From contig OZ244651.1 in assembly GCA_965218695.1 (NCBI GenBank), positions 2,232,337 to 2,296,336 of the forward strand: a DNA stretch of 64,000 nt, written 5' to 3'. A model generated the notes under the pieces. The model had not been told where the DNA came from and searched no databases. It saw only the letters and a list, made by a program, of their open reading frames with translations. This stretch comes from Nitrosopumilus sp. Its GTDB lineage: Archaea; Thermoproteota; Nitrososphaeria; Nitrososphaerales; Nitrosopumilaceae. The translations under genes and the position numbers were made by a program. Positions 44,614 through 54,896 of the stretch are shown piece by piece (the stretch's first letter is position 1; each line of letters begins with the position of its first letter).

Positions 44614-47600
44614 GTGCACCGGTTCATTCTCATGCTGACAGCACTTGTGCTTTTTGTAGCTGCTGCAGCTGATGCAGCTGATGCGTATGCCATCTCGATA
44701 GACGAGGTGCCCGGCGCGCTCCAGCAGGACATCATACTTCCCGACAGCCGGATCATCCAGATGGAGTACGAGTTCAACCCCAATGCCGCAAAGAGATACA
44801 TAGTGTTTGGCGGATGGCAGGCAGACGCGCCGCTGCTGCCGTACGGGACAGGTTATGATGCAGGGTTCCTTACAGTCTCGGTGCTGTCCGAGGAGGAGGC
44901 CCTGTTTCTGGCAAGACAGGGGTACCACGTGATCGAGGACTTTAAGCTGGACTTTCACGCCGGGGGCGTGCTACAGGACGGATCAAGGACGGTCCAGATA
45001 GCCGGCCTTGATAGGCCGGAGTACGATGCGGCAGGGGCCGGGGTGACAGTTGCAATAATTGATACCGGAGTCGACTTTTCAAATCCGGACATACGGCACT
45101 CGCTTGCACGCGACGGCATAGGCCACCCGGTAATGCTCGACCCGGACGGACAGGGGATAGTGATCACCAACTCCACGTTCTTTGGGAACATAGATGACAA
45201 CGGAATAATCAGGAACTACGACAGGGCGCTTCCCGAAAACGTGACCTCGTCTGTGTATGTCAATGACGATGGGGTGTTTTTGGATTTATCGCAGGGCGGC
45301 AGGGGCACGACGATCCAGGTGTACAACTCGTTTTATCCGGACATAGGGTCATCGCCGGTACTTGACGGCACCATCATCAATGACATGAAGATCGGCGATG
45401 ACAACAGGGACTACATAAGATCGATGAGCGGGATGTACCATCTTGGCGCCATGTACCAGGGGTACCTGTCCGGATCGCTTGCAGGGATGCAGGTGGTGCC
45501 GGTGCTGGTGGTGGATTCGGTGGTGCCCGGGGTGTACGATACGGTAATTCCCGATCTGAGCACGTCATGGAGCGACTATACCCGGAACAGCCTGGAGGAC
45601 GGCCAGATGCCAGAGTACGACTTTGACTTTACTGACGAAAAGCCAATAGTGCTTGGGAGCGGAAACGAGTTTCTGGTGTATGACTCGGACGAGGACGGCA
45701 TGGATGATTACAGTGCAGGCACCGTGGGGGCACGGGTCCTGGACATATACGATGTGATGGATATGAACGTGACTGACTTTGATGATGTCCTGGGGGCCGT
45801 AAACGGGACACTGCTGCCTGCGCTGGATCCTGACGGGATGTTCTTTGGAGTGATGACTGACTTTGCAGGCCACGGGACGGCCAGCGCATCAGTCATAGCC
45901 TCAAGCGGCCAGATGTCCTACGACCTCTACAATGACACCCAAAAGTACTCGCTGCCCGGAGTGGCGCCGGATGCAAGCATACTGCCGGTCAAGGTGCTGT
46001 GGTTTGGGGACGTGGTGTATGGCTGGCTGTGGGCGGCAGGATTTGAAGAGAACGACGGTGCATGGAAGTTTTCAGGAGCGCCAAGGGCAGACATACTCTC
46101 AAACAGCTGGGGGATCTCGGCATTCCCGCGAATCGGGGTGTTTCCGGGGTATGATTCGTTGTCCCTGCTGCTAGGAATACTTGCAACCCCGCACTCGCTG
46201 GACGATGACTATCCGGGGGTGCTGATGGTCACAAGCGCAGGAAACGCGGGGCACGGATACGGCACCATGGGTCCGTCTGCATCGTCGCCGCTGGCTGTAA
46301 CTGTTGGCGCCACAAACAACAACGTCATAGTGGGGTACAGCACGCTCAAGGACCAGCCGCGGTTTGGAAACACCACCGAGCACCTGAACCACATAATAGA
46401 CTTTTCAAGCAGGGGTCCTGGCGCCATAGGGTTTCCCAAGCCTGACACTGTGAGTGTCGGGGCATACGGGTTCGTCCCAAAGACTGTAACCAGCATCGAG
46501 ATAGAGTCGACTGCCGGGCCGTTTTCAACGTATGGCGGGACCAGCATGGCAGCGCCGATGGTTGCCGGAATTGCCGCAGTCGTGATGGGGGAGATGACTG
46601 CGCAGTCACATGACCACGACCCGCTCCTGATTAAGAGCATACTCATGTCGACTGCGACTGATCTGGGCAATGATCCGTTTGTACAGGGATCAGGCCTGGC
46701 AGACGCAGGAACGGCCCTTGACTACGTCCACGGGAACCGGGGCGTGTTTGTGGTGGACAATACTGCCTCGTATGACAATATTCGGAACGTGCTTGATCCT
46801 GCAATGACACAGTTCAATATGACAGCAGCGCACATTGAGGAGTTTGAGTTTCCGACGCGTCCTGCCCCCATGACCAGCTGGTTTGCAGGGCATCTCCTGC
46901 CAGGCGATCGGACGACTGCCTCATTTACCATACGGAACCCGGGAGACGAGGAGCTGTCAGTCAGGGTGATTCCCCAGGAACTGTCGCTGATCGAGAGCGG
47001 GTTCTACAAGGGGGACACGGCAGTGCGCAAGCTGGACCCCGTACTGGAGGCGACTGACGGGTATGCTCCAAACTATATCCGGCTTGCCGACATACAAAAC
47101 CAGACAAGCACTGCAGACTTTTTCGACAGGAGCGATCCGATTCCCGAAGAGACCTCGCTGATGGTGCTAAACGTGCACTTTCCGTTTGGCGAATTCATGA
47201 ACAAGACGGCAGACGTCTATGCCGATGATCTGAGGATCTCGTCTTTGTACGTGTATGACTGGGTGGATGCAGACGCAGACTCCAAGGTGGCAAGCAGCGA
47301 ACTGTCGCTTGTGAACAGGGGCGGCTCCTGGGGCACGGTACAGGAACTGAGGGTGTCGGATCCTGCAGAAAAGTTCGAGGGGACTCCACTGGTGGGGGTG
47401 TATCCTGTTCCTGAAAAGTACTCTTACTGGGTCGGCGCCATAAACCAGAACGCGACATCGATGGAGTATACCATCTCTGCAAGCTACTACGAAAGGGACG
47501 ACTGGTCCATGGTGTGGCCCGGACAGGACACGGTGAATGTTCCGCCCGGGGGGTCTACAACAGTCGATGTGACGCTGGTGGTCCCCGATGATACGGAGAC

Positions 47601-48726
47601 GGGGGTGTATCAGGGATTTGTGCGGTTTGAGGGGGACACGCACGTGGCAAACGCGCCGGTCTCATTTGCAGTCAGGAACCCCGTGTCAGAAGACGACCCG
47701 TCGATGCTGATCATGGGAGTCGAAGGCGGCGATCCAATGTACGGGAACGGGTACACAAAGGGCGCATTTGACATGACAGGCCGCTACATGACAGGCGACT
47801 GGCGGCAGTACTATTTTGACGTGCAAGACGAGTCCATCAACTCTGCGGCAATCAAGATATCGTGGGCAAGTGAGGATACAAGCATTGCAGCGTTTGTAGC
47901 GGATCCGACAGGCCAGATAATACACACAAACGTCCCATCAGGAGTATTCGGGCACTTCCTCAACTGGCCCTCAATTGACTGGCTGGGCACATCACCGTTC
48001 AGCGGCGGAGGCGGATTCTTCCCGGTGGACGACAACAACGAACATCTAACCGTTCTGCACGTGCCGATAAACCAGACCGGCACATACACGCTGCTGACAC
48101 ACTCGACCCTGTTTGGCGGGGATGCCATTACCGAACCCGTCACGCTTGCAGCCCTGTTTACAAGCATCTTTGAAAATGATATTCCGGAGGATGTGGCTGA
48201 GGATGTGGCTGAGGATGTGGCTGAGGATACGGTAGAAGACACCCCAACGGATATCCCGGACAATGCAGGGAACACAAGCAGTTCTGAGGTTGACACGGAT
48301 GAGGCTGTAGGTGATGAGACTGCAACCCGGCAGGATGACGACGGGGTGATAAGGGAGTCTGATGATTCGGATACAATATCCAAGGACGTAACCGGGGAAT
48401 CTGGAATGCCGGAACTGGAATCAGGCCTGCTGACAATAGAGCCAGAGGCAGTCACGGAGCCTAGTGCGGTGGAGAGGCCCGATGGGGCGGTGGAGCCGGA
48501 CACGTCCGGCATTGGCGACAGGCCTGATGATAATGACGTGGCACCAGAGGACGGCGTAGTAGAATCTGGAAGCGACGCAGGCTCTGAATCAGGATTTGAT
48601 GGGAATTCATCTGAACCGTATCTGATTGGGATTGCCGTTGGTGCAGGGGTTACGATTGCAGTGGTGGTCGGCATTGTTCTGGTGCTTAAAGAAAGAAAGG
48701 CCAAGTGGCTGCCTGCAGCGAAATAA
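44614..48726 (+). CDS. subtilisin-like (S8) serine protease, very large, C-terminally anchored
   Basis: 1370-aa ORF with a GTG start and a signal peptide. The triad contexts are VAIIDTGVD, HGTASASVIA and GGTSMAAPMVAG. It has an acidic low-complexity tail and a terminal TM followed by KERK. Confidence 0.9.
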   Translation: MHRFILMLTALVLFVAAAADAADAYAISIDEVPGALQQDIILPDSRIIQMEYEFNPNAAKRYIVFGGWQADAPLLPYGTGYDAGFLTVSVLSEEEALFLARQGYHVIEDFKLDFHAGGVLQDGSRTVQIAGLDRPEYDAAGAGVTVAIIDTGVDFSNPDIRHSLARDGIGHPVMLDPDGQGIVITNSTFFGNIDDNGIIRNYDRALPENVTSSVYVNDDGVFLDLSQGGRGTTIQVYNSFYPDIGSSPVLDGTIINDMKIGDDNRDYIRSMSGMYHLGAMYQGYLSGSLAGMQVVPVLVVDSVVPGVYDTVIPDLSTSWSDYTRNSLEDGQMPEYDFDFTDEKPIVLGSGNEFLVYDSDEDGMDDYSAGTVGARVLDIYDVMDMNVTDFDDVLGAVNGTLLPALDPDGMFFGVMTDFAGHGTASASVIASSGQMSYDLYNDTQKYSLPGVAPDASILPVKVLWFGDVVYGWLWAAGFEENDGAWKFSGAPRADILSNSWGISAFPRIGVFPGYDSLSLLLGILATPHSLDDDYPGVLMVTSAGNAGHGYGTMGPSASSPLAVTVGATNNNVIVGYSTLKDQPRFGNTTEHLNHIIDFSSRGPGAIGFPKPDTVSVGAYGFVPKTVTSIEIESTAGPFSTYGGTSMAAPMVAGIAAVVMGEMTAQSHDHDPLLIKSILMSTATDLGNDPFVQGSGLADAGTALDYVHGNRGVFVVDNTASYDNIRNVLDPAMTQFNMTAAHIEEFEFPTRPAPMTSWFAGHLLPGDRTTASFTIRNPGDEELSVRVIPQELSLIESGFYKGDTAVRKLDPVLEATDGYAPNYIRLADIQNQTSTADFFDRSDPIPEETSLMVLNVHFPFGEFMNKTADVYADDLRISSLYVYDWVDADADSKVASSELSLVNRGGSWGTVQELRVSDPAEKFEGTPLVGVYPVPEKYSYWVGAINQNATSMEYTISASYYERDDWSMVWPGQDTVNVPPGGSTTVDVTLVVPDDTETGVYQGFVRFEGDTHVANAPVSFAVRNPVSEDDPSMLIMGVEGGDPMYGNGYTKGAFDMTGRYMTGDWRQYYFDVQDESINSAAIKISWASEDTSIAAFVADPTGQIIHTNVPSGVFGHFLNWPSIDWLGTSPFSGGGGFFPVDDNNEHLTVLHVPINQTGTYTLLTHSTLFGGDAITEPVTLAALFTSIFENDIPEDVAEDVAEDVAEDTVEDTPTDIPDNAGNTSSSEVDTDEAVGDETATRQDDDGVIRESDDSDTISKDVTGESGMPELESGLLTIEPEAVTEPSAVERPDGAVEPDTSGIGDRPDDNDVAPEDGVVESGSDAGSESGFDGNSSEPYLIGIAVGAGVTIAVVVGIVLVLKERKAKWLPAAK
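48187..48222. repeat. 12-bp tandem repeat GAGGATGTGGCT x3
   Basis: Three perfect units encoding (EDVA)3 in the acidic tail of the protease. Confidence 0.9.
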
Positions 48727-48919
48727 GCCCAGGATTATACACAGTCATGCATCCGCGCTGTAGGTGTCTCTGACAAAGATCTCCGCGAGCAGGTTGTTGT
48801 CAATGTGGATCCGCCCTTCCCGAGCAGTCCATGCAGGTCACGCTGACGTCTGCGCAAACACGAACTTTGACGCATGTGCCTTGCGCGGCAAAGTTGCTGC
48901 TGTGAGAGAATGTGGGAAT

Positions 48920-51397
48920 TTATACCTTCACGGATTGCCGTCTCTTGTAGACGCCAAGATATATGCCAATTCCGACTGTTATTGCAACCAGGAGGGCGAT
49001 CCATATCCCGTACTCGGGTCCGGTCTCCACAACCTCAATTTCAGTGACGGTTTGGGTGGGCAGACTGGTGCTGTCATCAACCACAAGAAAACTCGACTCG
49101 TAAAAGTCGGGTTTTAGGACCGACTCTGACACTGCAAATATCTTGATGTTGCCTGCGCCGATTCCAAGGCTTTGCGTATCCTCTGCAGCCACCGTGATCA
49201 CGGTACGGTCTGCACTTATCTCCTGGGTCTGGGACATCACCTCCCCACTGCTGCTTGTCAGAAAGTAGATGATTGAATCTGCGCCATCGGTACCTATCTC
49301 GATCTCAAGGGCCTCTCCCTTTTGAACGATGTCTGCTACATCGGCATATTGGATGGTGGGGAACTTGACCTCCTCAAACTTTGACCACTGGCCTGCCGGG
49401 AACGGGTATGACTCGTCATCAAATGCGCTGACACGGATTGTCCTTGCCTCCGGACTGTATGAATTCAGGTAGAACGGGCCGTTGCTTATCACTGCATGAT
49501 CATTTTCTGCAATCCATGCTGCAGACGCGCCGTACCGGTCCTGAAGGTATTCTGTATCCAAGCCATCCAGTGCGGCAGGCACATGTCCCTCATCGTTGAA
49601 CTCCAGCAGGGACTCCCTTACGAGGCCTGCATCGTTTGGAATCAGCAGTGAAAGCCAGCTGATGCCCTTGCTTGTGGCAGCTGATCTTGAAAATGACGCC
49701 TTTCCGTCAATCACCACGTCTTCCATGGCTGCTGTGATCTCCCACGGTACGGAGCTCCACAACGAGGCCCAGTCTGCAATCTCGTTTTCATCAAAGTGCC
49801 AATAGTCCACGTAGACCTCGATGGTGTCATCATCGACAGGATTTACGCCGATTATTGTCTGGGTGTACTGGGAGGCCCTTGGCGTAAATGACGAGTCAAA
49901 CGTCTTGTCGTTTTCACCGGCCTCGCTTCCCCATTCCATCACAAAATAAAGCGAGTACATGATATCGTTCATGTCCATCCATTCCCCGTTGTGCCATTTG
50001 CTGAACTTGAAGTCAAATGTAGCCTTGCTTGTGGCAGACGCGTTGTGTGGCACATTGGTCCACTCCTGCAGCAGCGGATCCCATGTTATTGCCCCGTCCG
50101 GAAGATCCAGCTTGCCGTCCGGCCCTGCAGTCTCAACCTGGTAGTCTGCCCTTACCGGAAACGTCTCCCCGGTGTACGGATGCTTGAATGTTGCAGGATC
50201 CGACAGGATGCCCCATATGTGATTGCTGTAGACGTCTGTCAGGCCGGCCACCGGATTCCACGAACCCTGGTAGATGTGCTTGACTCCTATGGCGATGTCC
50301 CCGTCATCGCTTCTTGCATTAATCGGGGTGAACCTGGTTGGAATTCCTGCGCCAAAGTCGTTGATTATGCCCGAGGTGCCCTCATTTACCACATACTGGT
50401 CAGTATTGCTTGCAAGAAAGACCCTCACAGACTCTGAAATGCCCTCGGTAACCCCGTCCTGAATCAGGGAGGCCCTCTCTTCGGCGTCCGAATAGTTTCC
50501 GGTGTATATGTTCTGGGTCAGCAAATCCAGCTTTTCATTTTCATAGTTCCAGTACGTCGGATCGTTGAATCCTGGCATGTTTGAGAACCACGGGGCATAC
50601 ATCTGTCCGATTCCGACGGAGTCATACCTTACAAATGCAGAACTGCCCCATCCTTCCGTGTACAGGTGCCATTGCAGGCCGGCCGGATCCGAGCCATAGA
50701 CCACGGCAAAGGCCTTGTTGAGATCACCAAAATCCCTGTTGACTGTGAATCCCATTCTTTCCAGCTCTGATGCCAGAATCTCGCCTATGGATTTTCTGAT
50801 CGGATCATCGCTTCTGATAAATATCGTAACCTCGACTGGCACAGAGTCTGCCAACCACACGCCATCTGTCTTGACTGCCCCACGCTCAATCATGGATTTT
50901 GAGATAATCTCTTCTGCAAGCGCCGGATTGTATACAAAGTTAAACCCCTCCACCTGCTCAATGACTGTCAGGTACTCCGGGTGTGACGGATCATAGTATG
51001 ACACGGTTGGCGCACCAAACCCCCCCATCAGCTCGTTTACAAACAGCTTCCTATCGACCAGATAGTTCAGTGCAAATCTGGCATCCCTGTCGGCAAATGG
51101 GTTGAGCTGTTCGGTTTCGGCCGGATTTACAAGCATGCTAAACGAACCGCCAGTAGAGTTAAACACGTGCAGCCCCCGCTGGGCATCCTTTCCCTCCAGC
51201 CTGTCTGAGGGAATGGCCCAGTAGTAGATGTCCAGGTTCCCGTTCCGGACCTCCTCCAGCGCTATGTTCTCATCCAGATACTGGATAAACTTGATGGAAT
51301 CCACGTACGTGCCCTGGTCTGCAAACGCCTCTCCAAACACGGCCACACTAAGAATAATCGGTACTGCCACCAGCCACTTCATCATAGTGTCATCCAC
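48920..51397 (-). CDS. ABC-transporter solute-binding protein, family 5 (peptide/nickel type), with C-terminal extension and anchor
   Basis: 825-aa ORF with a signal peptide and NPFADRDARFALNYLVDRKLFVNELMGG, typical of SBP_bac_5. The C-terminus reads GPEYGIWIALLVAITVGIGIYLGVYKRRQ. Confidence 0.85.
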   Translation of the reverse strand: MDDTMMKWLVAVPIILSVAVFGEAFADQGTYVDSIKFIQYLDENIALEEVRNGNLDIYYWAIPSDRLEGKDAQRGLHVFNSTGGSFSMLVNPAETEQLNPFADRDARFALNYLVDRKLFVNELMGGFGAPTVSYYDPSHPEYLTVIEQVEGFNFVYNPALAEEIISKSMIERGAVKTDGVWLADSVPVEVTIFIRSDDPIRKSIGEILASELERMGFTVNRDFGDLNKAFAVVYGSDPAGLQWHLYTEGWGSSAFVRYDSVGIGQMYAPWFSNMPGFNDPTYWNYENEKLDLLTQNIYTGNYSDAEERASLIQDGVTEGISESVRVFLASNTDQYVVNEGTSGIINDFGAGIPTRFTPINARSDDGDIAIGVKHIYQGSWNPVAGLTDVYSNHIWGILSDPATFKHPYTGETFPVRADYQVETAGPDGKLDLPDGAITWDPLLQEWTNVPHNASATSKATFDFKFSKWHNGEWMDMNDIMYSLYFVMEWGSEAGENDKTFDSSFTPRASQYTQTIIGVNPVDDDTIEVYVDYWHFDENEIADWASLWSSVPWEITAAMEDVVIDGKASFSRSAATSKGISWLSLLIPNDAGLVRESLLEFNDEGHVPAALDGLDTEYLQDRYGASAAWIAENDHAVISNGPFYLNSYSPEARTIRVSAFDDESYPFPAGQWSKFEEVKFPTIQYADVADIVQKGEALEIEIGTDGADSIIYFLTSSSGEVMSQTQEISADRTVITVAAEDTQSLGIGAGNIKIFAVSESVLKPDFYESSFLVVDDSTSLPTQTVTEIEVVETGPEYGIWIALLVAITVGIGIYLGVYKRRQSVKV

Positions 51398-51461
51398 ATG
51401 TAATCATATATTAATGCCGCTGAATCCCGCGGGTAGTTGGAACTTGCCAGCACCCAAAGCC

Positions 51462-52595
51462 TACGTTGTACAAAAAGTAGTTCCTCCCCTAGCCAATGGA
51501 GCCGGCGTGTTTGGAAGCAAGATCAGCCTGGTGTTGAGTGGAAGCAGGGGTGTGTGGGCAAGAACGATGTACTCCAATCGGTGGCGGCATATGGGAACCC
51601 GGAGAGTACGCATCATGAAAAAGCTGGACGAATCGAAGGTAAGGTGGATACTTTCGGAGAAGGACAAGGGATCCACCAATTCATGCATCTCCAAGGCCAT
51701 GGGTGTGTCGCCGCGGTGGATAAGGAGGCTGTATTCCAGGTACAGGGGACAGGAACGCAGCAGCGTGGCATATCCGATGCACACGGGCAGGCCCGCATGC
51801 GGCCTTCCCGGCCGGAAGGAACACTCCGCGGTACTGTGCGCCAAGGGCAATGACCATGTTGGGGCCGTACGCCTGCACGGGTGCATAAGGGACGTCACCG
51901 GAATAAATATTCCATACAACCGCATACACATGGTATTGCGTGACGAGGATCTGGCTGCCAGACAGCCCAACAAGAGCAAGCGCCGCAAGTGGATCCGCTT
52001 TGAGCGCACCTACTCCAACTCGATGTGGCACACCGACTACAAGCTGCTTGACGACGGCAGGTGGTTCCTGTGTTACGAGGACGACGCCTCGCGGTTCGTG
52101 ACTGCGTACGGCACGTTTGAGCGCGCAACGGCAGAAAACGCCCTGTCGGTATTGGACGAGGCGATAAGAAACCACGGCAAGCCTGCATCCATAATGACTG
52201 ACCGCGGATCCCAGTTCTACGCCACCGCATCAGAGGCAAAGAAAAAGGGTGCATCCGAGTTCGAAAAGAGGCTGGCAGAGCTTGGCATCAAGCAGATTCT
52301 GGCAGGCGTGAGGCACCCGCAGACCAACGGCAAGCTGGAGAGGCTGCACGGGGAGATCCAGCGGAAGCTGCCCGAATTTGAGGCGATAATGATGCGCAAG
52401 AGCGACCCGGTGGACCTCTTCATGCAGTGGTACAATTACGACAGACCGCACATGTCACTTGGCCTAGACGGGGAGGAGACGCCAGCCCAGGCGTTTGTGC
52501 GCAAGATGCCACCCAAAGGAGAGATAGTAATAGACGAGCAGACAGGGGAGGAGTATCATGTGGAGTAAGGGAGGAACTACTTTTCGTATTCCACA
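51462..52595 (+). mobile_element. IS481-like (rve integrase-core) insertion sequence
   Basis: Inverted repeats TAC-AAAAAGTAGTTCCTCCC (51469-51488) and GGGAGGAACTACTTTTC-GTA (52569-52588) match at 19 of 20. A 13-bp direct repeat AGCACCCAAAGCC lies at 51449-51461 and 52596-52608, 7 nt outside each repeat. Confidence 0.75.
51615..52568 (+). CDS. IS481/IS3-type transposase (rve core)
   Basis: The track ORF starts at 51228 inside the neighbouring gene, and MKKLDESKVRW (ATG at 51615) is the plausible start. Motifs are WHTDYKLL, IMTDRGSQF and HPQTNGKLERLHGE. Confidence 0.85.
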   Translation: MKKLDESKVRWILSEKDKGSTNSCISKAMGVSPRWIRRLYSRYRGQERSSVAYPMHTGRPACGLPGRKEHSAVLCAKGNDHVGAVRLHGCIRDVTGINIPYNRIHMVLRDEDLAARQPNKSKRRKWIRFERTYSNSMWHTDYKLLDDGRWFLCYEDDASRFVTAYGTFERATAENALSVLDEAIRNHGKPASIMTDRGSQFYATASEAKKKGASEFEKRLAELGIKQILAGVRHPQTNGKLERLHGEIQRKLPEFEAIMMRKSDPVDLFMQWYNYDRPHMSLGLDGEETPAQAFVRKMPPKGEIVIDEQTGEEYHVE

Positions 52596-52814
52596 AGCAC
52601 CCAAAGCCACCCACACATGTTTGATGCGTCTGCACCGTCTCCAATTGAACTCGGACAGGCAATAATCAAGATGCAGTTTCCAAGACATGGGGCTTTGAAT
52701 TTGGACTACGATGTTTGTTGTTCCAAAGTCGCAACCGGCAGATCCGGCAACGCACGAAGCAGAAACGGCAGGTACGCTCAAAGGAGATGGCGCAGGTACC
52801 GCAACCGCAAAGTT

Positions 52815-53183
52815 CTACCCTTTGTCTCTTTCAATACCCCTCTTCCTGTCGTAGCGACGGATAATTATTGACAGGACGGCGCCTGTTATGAAAAGCGGGC
52901 TGGCAGTGACCAAGAATGTGAGAAAGAATACGAACCTTTCGGTTTTTATCTCGCATGGCCACGTGATTCCGTCCACCGGACATGGTGGAATCTGCGTTTC
53001 CCATGGGGGGCAAGGCTGCATGATCCCGTTTACCTCATACCAGCAGTTGTCAGAATTGTACGTGGCGGCAGGCTCCAGAGGGAGCACCAGCGCAAGAGAT
53101 GCGATCGTAGCTGACGGGAGCAAAAAGAAGACCCCCAGGACAAGAATAATTTTGTGCCTAGTTTTCATTTTCTGATTCCCCAC
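52815..53183 (-). CDS. Cys-rich small membrane protein, paralogue B (intact)
   Basis: The probable start is MKTRHKIILVLGVFFLLP at 53168. The conserved core is NSDNCWYEVNGIMQPCP.W..QIPPC.VDGITWPCEIKTER, followed by a TM and RRYDRKRGIE. Confidence 0.6.
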   Translation of the reverse strand: MGNQKMKTRHKIILVLGVFFLLPSATIASLALVLPLEPAATYNSDNCWYEVNGIMQPCPPWETQIPPCPVDGITWPCEIKTERFVFFLTFLVTASPLFITGAVLSIIIRRYDRKRGIERDKG

Positions 53184-53187
53184 TAGC

Positions 53188-53679
53188 CTAGATTGAAATG
53201 ATGCTCAATACGGAATCCTTGGTGATGTTGTTCTGCTGGACAAACCCGGCTGTGACTTCAAGGACATAGAATGCATTACCGTCGGGGACGATGCTTGTGC
53301 ATGTCGTAATCTCAAGGGCGGTCTTGCACGGGGGAACGTCCTCTGCTATATGGACCACCATGCCGTCCTGATCAAACCAGATCATGTCAAGGGCGAACTG
53401 CATGTTGAGCATCCAGATGGAATGGGGGCCCGGGTCATCAAAGACAAATATCATGCCCTGATCAGACGGGAGTGGGTCCTGGAACATCAGTCCCCGAACC
53501 CGCCTTGGGTCAGTGTCTGCAATCTGGACCTCAAGGGGGATGTCGTCTATCAGGATTGTTCCCCTGGGAAACTCGACGGATTCGAGCTTGCTTTCGCTTG
53601 GGATGGATATCAGCCCCACGATGCCAATGATTACAGCGGCAATCGAGATTGGCACCAGTGCCTGCGTCCTGGTGGTCAC
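53188..53679 (-). CDS. DUF192-family protein
   Basis: 163-aa ORF with a TM anchor and ...RVRGLMFQDPLPSDQGMIFVFD...IWMLNMQFALDMIWFD. Confidence 0.7.
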   Translation of the reverse strand: MTTRTQALVPISIAAVIIGIVGLISIPSESKLESVEFPRGTILIDDIPLEVQIADTDPRRVRGLMFQDPLPSDQGMIFVFDDPGPHSIWMLNMQFALDMIWFDQDGMVVHIAEDVPPCKTALEITTCTSIVPDGNAFYVLEVTAGFVQQNNITKDSVLSIISI

Positions 53680-53780
53680 AAACTAGGTTGGGGTGCCTCC
53701 TTTTTAAAACTAGGCTGTCAGGGCGTATGTGCAGTCGGCATGCCGTCCTGCAGGGGTTTGGGATGAGCATGCAGGACTGG

Positions 53781-54146
53781 TCAGAGTACCGATTCCTTGA
53801 AGCTGCGAATGGTGCCGATTGTGTTTTTTGTCTCATGTCCTATATCGGTAATGGTTGTACCGTTGTACTTTTTGTCAAAATACCTGCCTGTTGCAATCAT
53901 GGCGCCGCCTACTGCGCAGCTGACAAACGTTGGCTCCGGAATCCAGATCATGGCCAGTCCGAGCTTTTGGAGTTTCTTGCCAGGTGCCGGGGCCTTTTGA
54001 AGTGCGCCAAGCGAGCCGGCCACGTGCCGGTCGCCCACCTGGGCAACATCAGAGTACATGCTTGCCATTCTGTGCACAGACGCAGAATGCCGTCTGAGTT
54101 TGTCCAGTCGTTCCTTTAGGAGATCTGTCATACAGTGTGCCATCAT
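53781..54146 (-). CDS. hypothetical protein
   Basis: 121-aa ORF. I recognise no family. Confidence 0.35.
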   Translation of the reverse strand: MMAHCMTDLLKERLDKLRRHSASVHRMASMYSDVAQVGDRHVAGSLGALQKAPAPGKKLQKLGLAMIWIPEPTFVSCAVGGAMIATGRYFDKKYNGTTITDIGHETKNTIGTIRSFKESVL

Positions 54147-54431
54147 GGAATGAATAGTTAAGATTCAATGATCAAATACGATCACTACGAGGTCAATAAA
54201 GGATAACAAAATTTCCAGAGCGTCACTGTACAGCCCGTCCGGGAAACACGTGCATGCTGGTCTGGAGGGAGTCGCCAGAGGAAGAGGCACCATGCAGGAG
54301 AAGGGCTCATCCATTGGACCAAGGCAGGTACGGCCAATTCTGCAAGCAGTCATGCCCGGTTTTGGGGAATGCCTGAATATGCACGACTGAAGGGGACATC
54401 CAATTATACTAGAATCAGCCAAAGGGATTAG

Positions 54432-54896
54432 ATGAGCGACAAGAGCGTAAGAAGGCTTGACTCAATCAAGGCCGCCCACCGTCTGGAGAGGACCAAGTCA
54501 AGCGCCAGGATGGAGGACTATCTGGAGATAATCTCCGAGCTGATAGAGCTGAAGGGGTATGCGACCATGCAGGATGTCTCAATGTACATGAACGTCAGCG
54601 CGCCAAGCGTGACCAAGATGCTCAAGCGGCTTGACGAGAACGGGTTTCTAGAGTATGAAAAGTATCACGGCATCAACCTGACACGCAAGGGAGCGCAGGT
54701 GGCAGAGGGAATCAGGCAGAGGCACAGTACGCTGCTGGAGTTTTTTGAGATACTGGGAATAGAGTATGACATGGCAAGCCAGGATGCCGAGGGAATCGAG
54801 CACCACCTCAACCCAGAGACGACAAGGCAGCTGGGAAAGTTTGTTGCGTTTCTGAAATCAAACCCGGAGATCATCAAGGAGTTCAATAGTCTCTAA
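54432..54896 (+). CDS. DtxR/MntR-family metal-dependent transcriptional repressor
   Basis: 154-aa ORF with MEDYLEIISELIELKGYATMQDVSMYMNVSAPSVTKMLKRLDENGFLEY...HHLNPET. Confidence 0.85.
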   Translation: MSDKSVRRLDSIKAAHRLERTKSSARMEDYLEIISELIELKGYATMQDVSMYMNVSAPSVTKMLKRLDENGFLEYEKYHGINLTRKGAQVAEGIRQRHSTLLEFFEILGIEYDMASQDAEGIEHHLNPETTRQLGKFVAFLKSNPEIIKEFNSL

